From an uncultured Pelagibacteraceae bacterium (GTDB taxonomy: Bacteria; Pseudomonadota; Alphaproteobacteria; Pelagibacterales; Pelagibacteraceae), in contig CACJQQ010000005.1 of the NCBI GenBank assembly GCA_902595625.1, forward strand, positions 4,719 through 68,718: 64,000 nt of DNA, in the 5' to 3' direction. The notes under the pieces are model-generated. The model saw nothing but the letters and a program-made list of their open reading frames with translations, was not told where the DNA came from and did no database searches. The position numbers and the translations under genes were made by a program. Shown here piece after piece: positions 44,109 to 52,981 of the stretch (positions are counted from its first letter, which is position 1; the number at the start of each line of letters is the position of its first letter).

Positions 44109-45354
44109 TAATTTTCCTAGCTAAAGATGGTTCTGCTCCCCCGGTTAATACTGGTTCGGAGATACTCATAGGAACCGGGTCTGTTTTCTCTAATAATCCT
44201 ACTACTGGCATTACAATTATAAAATGAGCAAAATAGTAAATAGTTCCCACTCTAGCTAATACTAAGTAAATTCCTTCAGCTGGCATCGCACCAACATAAC
44301 CAAGCATTAAAACGTTAAAAACAAATATCCAATAAAATTGTCTGTATATTGGCCTGAATACTGCCGATCTAACTTTTGAAGTATCCAACCACGGCAAAAC
44401 AAATAGAATAAAGATTGCTCCAAACATTAAAATAACTCCACCTAGTTTATCTGGAACAGACCTTAAGATTGCATAGAAGGGTAATAAATACCATTCTGGA
44501 ACAATATGTGCTGGTGTTACTAACGGATTAGCAGGAATATAATTGTCAGAATGGCCCAAAACGTTAGGAGTGAAGAATACAAATCCAGCAAATATAATCA
44601 TAAATACTAAAAGCGCGAAAGCATCTTTAATTGTTATATAAGGATGGAATGGCACTGTGTCTTTAGACGGTTTCTTTATATCGATTCCTACAGGGTTATT
44701 ATTTCCTGGAACATGTAAAGCCCAAATGTGTAAAACTACTAATCCTAAAATTAAAAACGGGATTAAATAATGTAAACTAAAGAATCTGTTTAATGTTGGA
44801 TTATCAACAGAATATGCTCCCCATAACCAAGTTGTTATACTATCTCCAACTAGTGGTATCGCACTAAATAAGTTAGTTATTACTGTGGCACCCCAGAAGC
44901 TCATTTGACCCCAAGGCAAAACGTAACCCATGAAAGCTGCGGCCATCATTAATAAGTAAATCATCAGACCAATTATCCAAATTACTTCTCTTGGTGATTT
45001 ATATGATCCATAAAATAAAGACCTAAAAATGTGTATGTAAACTGCTAGGAAAAACATAGATGCACCATTGCTATGAATATATCTTATTAACCAACCATAA
45101 TTTACATCTCTCATTATATGTTCCACACTTGCAAAAGCTAAATCTGCATGAGCGACGTAATGCATTGCTAAAACAATTCCTGTTACTATTTGAGTGATCA
45201 AACAAAAAGTCAAAATTCCGCCAAAGGTCCACCAATAATTCAAATTTTTGGGAGTTGGGTAATCTGTTAGATGTGCTCCAAGCGTGAGCAAAGGTAAACG
45301 GTCATTAAACCATTTTGCTGCTTTAGATTTTGGTACGTATTCGTGTTCACTCAT
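44095..45354 (-). CDS. petB: Cytochrome b
   Basis: [19 protein letters not shown] and PEWY motifs. Confidence 0.98.
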   Translation of the reverse strand: MSEHEYVPKSKAAKWFNDRLPLLTLGAHLTDYPTPKNLNYWWTFGGILTFCLITQIVTGIVLAMHYVAHADLAFASVEHIMRDVNYGWLIRYIHSNGASMFFLAVYIHIFRSLFYGSYKSPREVIWIIGLMIYLLMMAAAFMGYVLPWGQMSFWGATVITNLFSAIPLVGDSITTWLWGAYSVDNPTLNRFFSLHYLIPFLILGLVVLHIWALHVPGNNNPVGIDIKKPSKDTVPFHPYITIKDAFALLVFMIIFAGFVFFTPNVLGHSDNYIPANPLVTPAHIVPEWYLLPFYAILRSVPDKLGGVILMFGAIFILFVLPWLDTSKVRSAVFRPIYRQFYWIFVFNVLMLGYVGAMPAEGIYLVLARVGTIYYFAHFIIVMPVVGLLEKTDPVPMSISEPVLTGGAEPSLARKINDKV

Positions 45355-45360
45355 AATTAT

Positions 45361-45882
45361 TTATCCAATTTTAATTGTGTTACTATCTACAAATTCAAAT
45401 TTTGGTATTTCCATATTTGTTGGAGCTGGTCCTTTTCTTATTCTGCCTGATACATCGTAATGTGAACCATGGCAAGGACAAAACCAACCATTGAAGTCTC
45501 CTTTATCTTTTAAAGGTACACATCCAAGGTGTGTACAAACTCCTAGCATGACTAACCATTCATCTTTCCCATCTTTTACTCTATCCTCATCTTTTTGAGG
45601 ATCAGGCAAATCGTCCAATTTTACCGCCCTGGCTTCAGCTATTTCCTCTGAAGTTCTTTTTTTTATAAATATTGGCTTTCCTCTCCACAAAACAGTAATA
45701 GATTTACCAGGTTCTATATTACTAATGTCAACTTCTGTGGTAGCTAAAGCTTGTTGAGCTTTATCTGGATTCATTTGGTCTATCATTGGCCAAATTACCG
45801 CTCCAACTCCTACCGCTCCAATAGTGTAACTAGCTGTAAATAAAAAATCTCTTCGATTTACTTTCTTTTCTTCTTTGCTCAT
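45361..45882 (-). CDS. petA: Ubiquinol-cytochrome c reductase Rieske subunit
   Basis: Tat signal RRDFL; CTHLGC and CPCHGS motifs. Confidence 0.98.
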   Translation of the reverse strand: MSKEEKKVNRRDFLFTASYTIGAVGVGAVIWPMIDQMNPDKAQQALATTEVDISNIEPGKSITVLWRGKPIFIKKRTSEEIAEARAVKLDDLPDPQKDEDRVKDGKDEWLVMLGVCTHLGCVPLKDKGDFNGWFCPCHGSHYDVSGRIRKGPAPTNMEIPKFEFVDSNTIKIG

Positions 45883-45938
45883 TAATGATTGTGTTTATAA
45901 TCAAAATATTTAATAAAACTATATTTTTAAATGTTCTA

Positions 45939-45953
45939 GGGTCAGAATGACAC
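45939..45953 (-). promoter_or_regulatory. Candidate RegA/RegR box upstream of petABC
   Basis: Minus strand GTGTCATTCTGACCC, an imperfect inverted repeat (GTCA-N3-TGAC) in an otherwise AT-rich spacer. Confidence 0.4.
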
Positions 45954-45971
45954 ATAAATTAAGCAATAATA

Positions 45972-46421
45972 ATGCACATAGCTCTATATAAACCCGATAT
46001 ACCTCAAAATACAGCTGCAATAATAAGATTAGGTGCCTGTTTAAAACTTAAAATCCACATTATTGAGCCTTGTGGTTTTAATTTACATGATTCAAGATTT
46101 AAAAGAGTTGTGATGGATTATTTAGGATTTAGTAAGATATTTAGTTATGAGAATTATGATAAATTTTTAAGTAAGAATATAAAAAAAAGAATAGTGCTAA
46201 TGACTACTAAAGCTAAAAAAAACTATCATAAATTTAATTTTAAAAAGAATGATATTTTGCTATTTGGCAGAGAGAGTGCTGGGGTGCCGGAAAGTCTACA
46301 TAAAACAATAAAAAATAAAGTTAAAATTCCAATGAATAAAAAAACTAGATCACTAAACGTTGCTATGAGCGTAGCTATTATTTCTGCTGAGGCTCTTAGA
46401 CAAAATAACTTATTAAAATAA
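45972..46421 (+). CDS. trmL: tRNA (cytidine/uridine34-2'-O)-methyltransferase
   Basis: PDIPQNT, LLFGRESAG and RSLNVA SPOUT motifs. Confidence 0.93.
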   Translation: MHIALYKPDIPQNTAAIIRLGACLKLKIHIIEPCGFNLHDSRFKRVVMDYLGFSKIFSYENYDKFLSKNIKKRIVLMTTKAKKNYHKFNFKKNDILLFGRESAGVPESLHKTIKNKVKIPMNKKTRSLNVAMSVAIISAEALRQNNLLK

Positions 46422-47245
46422 TGATTTCTACTGATTATAGAAAAAAAATGGCTGATAGCTGGTTCTCGTACCTGCAAATTCAAATATGTAAATCTTTTGA
46501 AATCTTGGAAAATAATAAATTAAAATTTTCTAAAAGGAATTGGTATAAAAAAAATAACAAGGAAGGCGGTGGAACTTCTTATTTATTAACTAATGGAAAA
46601 ATTTTTGATAAAGTTGGAGTAAACAAATCAACTGTCTCGGGGATATTTTCAAAAAAATTTAGATCAAATATACTTGGCGCTGAAAAACAAGGTAACTATT
46701 GGGCCTCGGGTGTTTCTGTGGTTGCTCACATGAAAAACCCAAAGATTCCAGCAATTCATTTTAACACCAGATTTATTGTTACAACTAAAGAATGGTTTGG
46801 TGGAGGGATGGATGTAACACCAAGTCATGAGGATAAAAGAGAAAACCAAATGGTTCATAATGATCTTAAAAAAATTTGTTTACAAAATAAAAAAAATTAT
46901 AAAAAATATAAAAAGTTGTGCGATAAATATTTTTATCTGCCTCATAGGAAAGAAGCCAGAGGCATCGGTGGAATTTTTTTTGATTATGAGACTAAAGATT
47001 GGATTAAAAACTTCAAATTTGTAAGAGAACTCGGGTTAGCTTTTATTGATATTTCAAATAAAATAATTAATACAAAGAAAAAATTAAAATACACCAAAAA
47101 AGATAAAGAAAAACAATTGCTTAAACGAGGGAGATATGTAGAGTTTAATCTTTTATATGACAGGGGTACGAAATTTGGATTAAATTCTGGAGGAAACACT
47201 GAGTCTATTTTAATGTCACTGCCTCCAGAAGCTAAGTGGAAGTAA
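46421..47245 (+). CDS. hemF: Oxygen-dependent coproporphyrinogen III oxidase
   Basis: HFNTR, WFGGGMD, RGIGGIFFD, RGRYVEFNL and ESILMSLP motifs. Confidence 0.96.
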   Translation: MISTDYRKKMADSWFSYLQIQICKSFEILENNKLKFSKRNWYKKNNKEGGGTSYLLTNGKIFDKVGVNKSTVSGIFSKKFRSNILGAEKQGNYWASGVSVVAHMKNPKIPAIHFNTRFIVTTKEWFGGGMDVTPSHEDKRENQMVHNDLKKICLQNKKNYKKYKKLCDKYFYLPHRKEARGIGGIFFDYETKDWIKNFKFVRELGLAFIDISNKIINTKKKLKYTKKDKEKQLLKRGRYVEFNLLYDRGTKFGLNSGGNTESILMSLPPEAKWK

Positions 47246-47247
47246 TT

Positions 47248-47724
47248 ATGGATAAGGAACCTATAACTACAAATGGTCTTCAAAATTTAAAAAAAGAGTT
47301 AGAAGATTTAAAAAATATTCAAAGACCAAAAGTTGTTGAAGCCATTGCAGAAGCAAGATCTCATGGAGATTTAAAAGAAAATGCCGAGTACCATGCAGCA
47401 AAAGAACAACAAGCCATAATTGAAAGCCGAGTGATCGCAATCAATGATTTAATTGCTCGTGCTAACGTAATTGATGTGACCAAAATCGAAAATAACGGAA
47501 AAGTTATTTTTGGCTCCACTGTAAAACTTCAAGATCTTGAAACAGAAAAACAAATTACTTATACGTTAGTTGGACAAGACGAAGCTGATATAAAAAAAAA
47601 TTTAATTTTTTTTAAGAGTCCAATTGGGAAAGCTTTAATTGGTAAAGATAGTGGGGAGATGGTAACTGTAAAAACTCCGTCGGGTGAAAAAAACTTTGAA
47701 ATATTAGAAGTTGAATATATTTAA
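47248..47724 (+). CDS. greA: Transcription elongation factor GreA
   Basis: HGDLKENAEYHAAK and SPIGKAL motifs. Start set at ATG 47248. Confidence 0.97.
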   Translation: MDKEPITTNGLQNLKKELEDLKNIQRPKVVEAIAEARSHGDLKENAEYHAAKEQQAIIESRVIAINDLIARANVIDVTKIENNGKVIFGSTVKLQDLETEKQITYTLVGQDEADIKKNLIFFKSPIGKALIGKDSGEMVTVKTPSGEKNFEILEVEYI

Positions 47725-48983
47725 TTCGACTGTAAACGAATTATCTCTTTAACTCTTTCTTTAGTAATTTGAAAATTATTTTTAATCCATTCTTCTTCAA
47801 TTTTTTTTAAAACTTTTCCCATTAATAACCCTTCTTTCATTCCATTTTCTTTTAAATATTTTCCATCAATAGAAAACTTATGAATTTTTGATTTCAGAAT
47901 TTTTTTTAAAATCTCAGAAAAATCTTTAAAATTAAGCTTAGAATTAATTACAAAATTTATAATATTTAGTTTTATTAAATAATTTTTATCATAAAAATAA
48001 ACATTTTTTTCTAAATCCCTGTTAAAAAAATCTTTGTTTTCACCAATTAATTTTAGGTTTCTAGCATAAGAACTAAGGTTATCTTTTATATTATTTGAAA
48101 TATTATATTTATGACCAAAATACTCATGGGTGTCTTTATCATCTATAAGAAGCGTCGCTAATAGCAAACTTTTATCTATTTTGGTATAATTATAAATTTT
48201 TATTAATCTTTCTAAACGATGAAGATTTTTAAATTCTGGAAATATAATAGTAAAAATTTCTTTTAAGTCGTTACTTTTGTTTAAATTTACAAAATTATTT
48301 AAATCTAAAATTTTAAATAACTCTACTAAAATTCTTTCTTTTGAAATCTTTTGAATTCCATTCAGGTTTAATTTAATGGCGTTACTGGTAGTTTTTTCAA
48401 CTTTTAAATCGTACATAATTTTAAAACGAATAAATCTTATTATTCGTAAATAATCTTCCTCAATCCTTTTTTGAGGGTCGCCAATAAATTTTACAATTTT
48501 ATTTTTTAAATCATTTACTCCACCCTGTGGGTCAAAAATTTTTCCATTGATATCAAGGTAAATTGCATTAATGGTGAAATCTCTTCTTTCAGAGTCAAGA
48601 TGCCAATCATCAATATATTCAACTTGGGCATGTCTTCCATCGGTTTCTATATCCTTTCTTAATGTTGTAACTTCAAGTTTGAATTTTTTAGAAACTAGGG
48701 TTACTGTTCCATGTTTAACTCCAGTATCGACCACTTTAAAATTTGTATTTTTTATTTTTTCTTTAATTTCATGTGTACTCAGTATTGTTGCTATATCAAT
48801 ATCGTTAATTTCGTCATTTGATAAATACTTTCGAACACATCCACCAACAAATCTTGCTGCAACAGTATCTGCCGGTAAACCGTCTTGTAGTTTTTTAAAA
48901 ATAAATTGTAATTCTTTATTTTTGTAAAAAGGGAATAACTTTCTTGTAATTTTTTTTAGAAAATTGAAACTTAAATTAAGCAT
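47721..48983 (-). CDS. cca: Class II tRNA nucleotidyltransferase (CCA-adding)
   Basis: VGGCVR, DID, GVKHGT, EVTTLR, RRDFTINA and EDYLRIIR motifs. Confidence 0.88.
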   Translation of the reverse strand: MLNLSFNFLKKITRKLFPFYKNKELQFIFKKLQDGLPADTVAARFVGGCVRKYLSNDEINDIDIATILSTHEIKEKIKNTNFKVVDTGVKHGTVTLVSKKFKLEVTTLRKDIETDGRHAQVEYIDDWHLDSERRDFTINAIYLDINGKIFDPQGGVNDLKNKIVKFIGDPQKRIEEDYLRIIRFIRFKIMYDLKVEKTTSNAIKLNLNGIQKISKERILVELFKILDLNNFVNLNKSNDLKEIFTIIFPEFKNLHRLERLIKIYNYTKIDKSLLLATLLIDDKDTHEYFGHKYNISNNIKDNLSSYARNLKLIGENKDFFNRDLEKNVYFYDKNYLIKLNIINFVINSKLNFKDFSEILKKILKSKIHKFSIDGKYLKENGMKEGLLMGKVLKKIEEEWIKNNFQITKERVKEIIRLQSN

Positions 48984-48990
48984 ACATTTG

Positions 48991-49064
48991 TGGCTGGGGC
49001 ACTAGGATTCGAACCTAGGATGGCGGTATCAAAAACCGCTGCCTTACCGCTTGGCTATGCCCCA
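48991..49064 (-). tRNA. tRNA-Gln(TTG)
   Basis: TGGGGCATAGCCAAGCGGTAAGGCAGCGGTTTTTGATACCGCCATCCTAGGTTCGAATCCTAGTGCCCCAGCCA; anticodon stem GCGGT/ACCGC. Confidence 0.96.
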
Positions 49065-49101
49065 ATAATTAAGAATTCTGATATATCATAAATCAATCAA
49101 A

Positions 49102-49932
49102 TTAAACAGTTTTTGCCAGCGAAAACCAAAATTTGGGATATTTATGTTTTAATTTATTTAAGGCTTTTTTTGCAACTATTTTATTGTTGAATAAGCCGTA
49201 ACAAACTGACCCAGACCCAGTCATTCTAGAAATATGGCAACCTTTCTCTTTTTTAATATCTTTTAAAAGTCTTTTCAAAATAGGATATTTTTTTTCAACA
49301 ATAAATTGCAAAACATTTTCACTTTCATGCAAATAATCTAAAAATTTATCTCTTTTTTTTAATATGTTTACATTTAATTGCTTTTTTTTGGAAAAAGACG
49401 ATACTTTTGAATAAATTTCTTTAGTTGAACATTTGATTTTTGGTTTAATAAGCACAAAATAGAACTTATGTTTAATTTTTAATTCAACTATTTCTTTTAA
49501 ATTTTTTACAAAACCTTGTTTTTTAAAGAAAAGCCTTAAGTCAGAGCCAATTATCTTTTCCAGATCGCTTATCAAATTTTCTTCAACTTTATCTTTTAAT
49601 AGATATTTTAGCAAAAAAACTGCATTGCTAGTCCCTCCTCCCAAACCGCCAAAAACAGGAATATTTTTTTTGATAGTAATAGAGTAATAATTTGAGATTA
49701 AATTTAATTTTCTAAGTTTTTTGAGAAGATTGTAGACAGTATTATGTTTATTTCTTATTAATTTTTTAAAAGGTCCTTTGAAAACTATTTTATCTTTATT
49801 ATTTGTTTTAATAATCTTAATTTCATCAAACAAATTTATTAAACAATACAAAGACTGAATTTCATGCAAGCTTTGTTTTTTTGAGTTAACATTTAATGAT
49901 AGGTTGATCTTTGAGTACGATTTAATGACCAT
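49102..49932 (-). CDS. ispE: 4-(cytidine 5'-diphospho)-2-C-methyl-D-erythritol kinase
   Basis: KINLSL, KNIPVFGGLGGGTSNA and MTGSGS motifs; TPR-ispE-tRNA-Gln order. Confidence 0.9.
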   Translation of the reverse strand: MVIKSYSKINLSLNVNSKKQSLHEIQSLYCLINLFDEIKIIKTNNKDKIVFKGPFKKLIRNKHNTVYNLLKKLRKLNLISNYYSITIKKNIPVFGGLGGGTSNAVFLLKYLLKDKVEENLISDLEKIIGSDLRLFFKKQGFVKNLKEIVELKIKHKFYFVLIKPKIKCSTKEIYSKVSSFSKKKQLNVNILKKRDKFLDYLHESENVLQFIVEKKYPILKRLLKDIKKEKGCHISRMTGSGSVCYGLFNNKIVAKKALNKLKHKYPKFWFSLAKTV

Positions 49933-49933
49933 A

Positions 49934-51628
49934 TTAGAGGCCTTTTATTAATTTATCTTCAATTATTTTTTTCAATTTGTCCTCTGTCTTTTCAAGATTT
50001 AGCACGTAATTCCAATAGTATCTCGCTTGAATTTTATTACCGTTTTTCCAAAGCACATCTCCATAGTGGTCATTAACTATTGGGTCTCCAGGCATAAGTC
50101 TTACTGCTAGTTGAAGATACTTTTTTGCTTCTTGATATCTTTCAAGCTTAAATAAAGCCCACCCCAATGAGTCTGTAATATAAGGATCATTAGACCTTAA
50201 CTTGTTTGCTTTCTCCAACATCTTTAATGATTTTTCAATTTTAACTCCTTTTTCAATCCAAGAGTAAGCTAAATAATTTATTACATAAGCTTGATCAGGA
50301 TCTGCCTCCAATGACGCTAATAGATCTTTCTCAGCTTTTTTCCAATCATCAACTCGCTCGAAAGCTATTCCTCTCCCTTCAGTTGCTTCGACATATAAGG
50401 GATGGTTTTTTTCAACTTCTTCAATTATTTTGCTATATAGAGGGATAGAATCTTTAAATTTTTCATTATTTTTTAAAAACTCGGCATAGTCAAAAATTTC
50501 ATAGATGTCTTTATCTACTAAATCATTATATGCACCGCTTACCAATTTAAGTGCTTCATTCTTTTTTTTCTCTTTTATTAAAATTTTTGCAAGCTGTTTT
50601 GAAGAGTACCACCTATAAGCTTTTCCTCTTTTATTTAATTTTTTGTAAATTTTTTTCGCACTTTCAAAATTTTCTGATTTATAGTAATTTTCTGCTAATA
50701 AAGTATCGTATGAATGAAAATCTTCGTTCAAATATTTTGATAAATTTAAATAAAAATTTGATAAAGGATAAATTGATTGAGCTGAAAGTGCGTTTGCAGT
50801 AATATACAAAATTTCTGCAACTACATGTCCCTCTTTATTGAAATCAAAAATAGAAGTATCATTATTTTTTTCTAAATCTAACTTATACTGATTAAGTAAC
50901 AAATTTCTTGGATAAGAATTTAGAGATAAATCTACAATCTCTTGTGCGTCATTTTTTTTTCCTAAAAAATTAAGATAGGAGGCATAAAAATAATTGTATC
51001 TTGAAAAATCGATTTTTTCATCAGATATAAGTTTTTTAAGTAAATCTTTCGAATTCTGATTATTAAAATAGCAACTCAAAAAGACTTTTTGTATTTTCTT
51101 AAGATTTTCAAATCTTTCATCTAGTTTTTCAAGCTCTAGAAGGGCTTGATTTAAATCTAAGTTTTCTAAATTAGACCAATTGTATAAAGAATTAGAGACG
51201 TATTTTTTTAATATGGATCTTGGGTTTTGATTTTTGGCTTTTGAGAAATGTTTTTGAGCTAAATCCATTTGATTGTTTTTAAGGTAAAATATTCCCATTA
51301 TTAAGTGACTCTCAAAATTATCTAATTTTTGTTTTTCAAGTTTTTTTGAATAAATAAAAGCCTCTTTAAAATTTTCTGAATTGATTAATGAAAATAAATA
51401 TTTTTTTGAATAATCTAAATGATTAGTCTCAAGCCCATTAAGTTTTTTTAAAGAATTAGAAGACTCTTCATATTTATTTTCGTTTAATAATAGAATTCCT
51501 GAAAAATAGTCTGAAATTCGATCTGCTTCAGCAAACTTATCCAAAGACTTAGCAGGTGATGTGGACAAATATATAATGACAATTAAAATAAGTCCTATAA
51601 TCTTAGAATTTAAATTAAATATTCTCAT
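49934..51628 (-). CDS. Exported tetratricopeptide repeat protein
   Basis: Signal peptide; NYLAYSW, DSLGWALF and DHYGDVLW TPR motifs; conserved position upstream of ispE. Confidence 0.88.
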   Translation of the reverse strand: MRIFNLNSKIIGLILIVIIYLSTSPAKSLDKFAEADRISDYFSGILLLNENKYEESSNSLKKLNGLETNHLDYSKKYLFSLINSENFKEAFIYSKKLEKQKLDNFESHLIMGIFYLKNNQMDLAQKHFSKAKNQNPRSILKKYVSNSLYNWSNLENLDLNQALLELEKLDERFENLKKIQKVFLSCYFNNQNSKDLLKKLISDEKIDFSRYNYFYASYLNFLGKKNDAQEIVDLSLNSYPRNLLLNQYKLDLEKNNDTSIFDFNKEGHVVAEILYITANALSAQSIYPLSNFYLNLSKYLNEDFHSYDTLLAENYYKSENFESAKKIYKKLNKRGKAYRWYSSKQLAKILIKEKKKNEALKLVSGAYNDLVDKDIYEIFDYAEFLKNNEKFKDSIPLYSKIIEEVEKNHPLYVEATEGRGIAFERVDDWKKAEKDLLASLEADPDQAYVINYLAYSWIEKGVKIEKSLKMLEKANKLRSNDPYITDSLGWALFKLERYQEAKKYLQLAVRLMPGDPIVNDHYGDVLWKNGNKIQARYYWNYVLNLEKTEDKLKKIIEDKLIKGL

Positions 51629-51636
51629 AATTATTA

Positions 51637-52326
51637 ATGATAAAAAAAAATAAAATTAGTCCCATTAAATTAATAAAATTTTATAACCTTATTAACTACA
51701 ATTTAATTTACAATAATAAGGCAATCAATAGATATAAAAAGGATACTTTTCAAATTTCTGCAGATAAAGCAGAAAATTTAGTGAGACTAAAGGAAACAAT
51801 ACAGAACATAAAAAACTGTAGCTTAAAAGATGGCTCAACAAACATGGTATTTAGCGATGGAAATCCAAAATCTAAAATAATGCTAGTCGGAGAAGCTCCA
51901 GGAGCTAGTGAGGACAAAGAAGGTTTGCCGTTTGTGGGCCGAGCTGGAGCATTGCTTGATAAAATGCTTGCTGCAATCGATTTAGATAGAAAAAAAGTAT
52001 ATATATCAAATATAATTAATTATCGGCCACCTAGCAATAGAAGGCCAACAGATGAAGAAATCAAAAGATATTTACCTTTTATTACTAAACATATTGAAAT
52101 TATAAATCCAAAAATCTTAGTTTTACTTGGTAGTACGGCAATGAATGCATTAATTGGCAATGAAGTTGTGATATCTAAAATGAGAGGTAAATGGATCGAA
52201 AAAAAATTTGGGAATTGCAAAACATCCGTAATTATTACATTTCATCCTGCTTTTTTAATGAGGCAACCTGCACAGAAGAAAATGGCTTGGATTGACTTAA
52301 AAATGATAAGAGATAAGAATATTTAA
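51637..52326 (+). CDS. Family-4-like uracil-DNA glycosylase
   Basis: GEAPG, PFVGRAG, RPPSNRRP and FHPAFL motifs. Confidence 0.9.
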   Translation: MIKKNKISPIKLIKFYNLINYNLIYNNKAINRYKKDTFQISADKAENLVRLKETIQNIKNCSLKDGSTNMVFSDGNPKSKIMLVGEAPGASEDKEGLPFVGRAGALLDKMLAAIDLDRKKVYISNIINYRPPSNRRPTDEEIKRYLPFITKHIEIINPKILVLLGSTAMNALIGNEVVISKMRGKWIEKKFGNCKTSVIITFHPAFLMRQPAQKKMAWIDLKMIRDKNI

Positions 52327-52331
52327 TTAAA

Positions 52332-52904
52332 TTGAAAAAAAAAATTATTACTGCTGGAGTAGATGAAGTTGGCAGGGGATGTCTTGCTGGTCCAGTAGTT
52401 TCAGCAGCTGTCGTGCTTAAAGAGGGTATAAATCTGAACATTCTAAAAGACTCCAAAAAAATTAGTTTTAAAAAAAGACAAGAGATTTCAGATCATATTA
52501 AATCTTACTCACACTATGCCGTTGGTCTAGCATCTGTCGAGGAGATTTTAGATTTAAATATTCTTCAAGCCTCATTGCTATCGATGAAAAGAGCTTTAAA
52601 CCAACTAACTGTTAAACCAGATTTGACTTTGATAGACGGGAATTTTGCACCGAGTGGATTAAAAAATTACAAAACTATTGTTAATGGTGATGAAAAAATA
52701 AAAGTGATTAGCGCGGCTTCCATTATTGCAAAAGTTTATAGAGACAACCTCATGATTAAACTTTCAGAGGAATTTACAGAATATGCTTGGGAAAGTAATT
52801 TTGGTTATGGGACTAAGGCTCATTTAGATGGCTTAAGAAAATTTGGTATCACCTCTCATCATCGTAAAGGTTTTAAACCTGTACACAAGATATTGTCTAA
52901 CTAA
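52332..52904 (+). CDS. rnhB: Ribonuclease HII
   Basis: GVDEVGRG, DSKK, IDGN, SAASIIAKV and GYGT motifs. Confidence 0.96.
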   Translation: MKKKIITAGVDEVGRGCLAGPVVSAAVVLKEGINLNILKDSKKISFKKRQEISDHIKSYSHYAVGLASVEEILDLNILQASLLSMKRALNQLTVKPDLTLIDGNFAPSGLKNYKTIVNGDEKIKVISAASIIAKVYRDNLMIKLSEEFTEYAWESNFGYGTKAHLDGLRKFGITSHHRKGFKPVHKILSN

Positions 52905-52976
52905 GAATCTCAAACACAAGAGGACCCATTTTTTCATCAAAAACGTTTGACCCTGGATTCAATTTAGAGTTGAATC
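52905..52976. promoter_or_regulatory. GANTC cluster and inverted repeat upstream of ccrM
   Basis: GAATC at 52905, GATTC at 52956 and GAATC at 52972. The last two lie in the arms of GATTCAA-N7-TTGAATC. Confidence 0.65.
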
Positions 52977-52981
52977 TAAAA

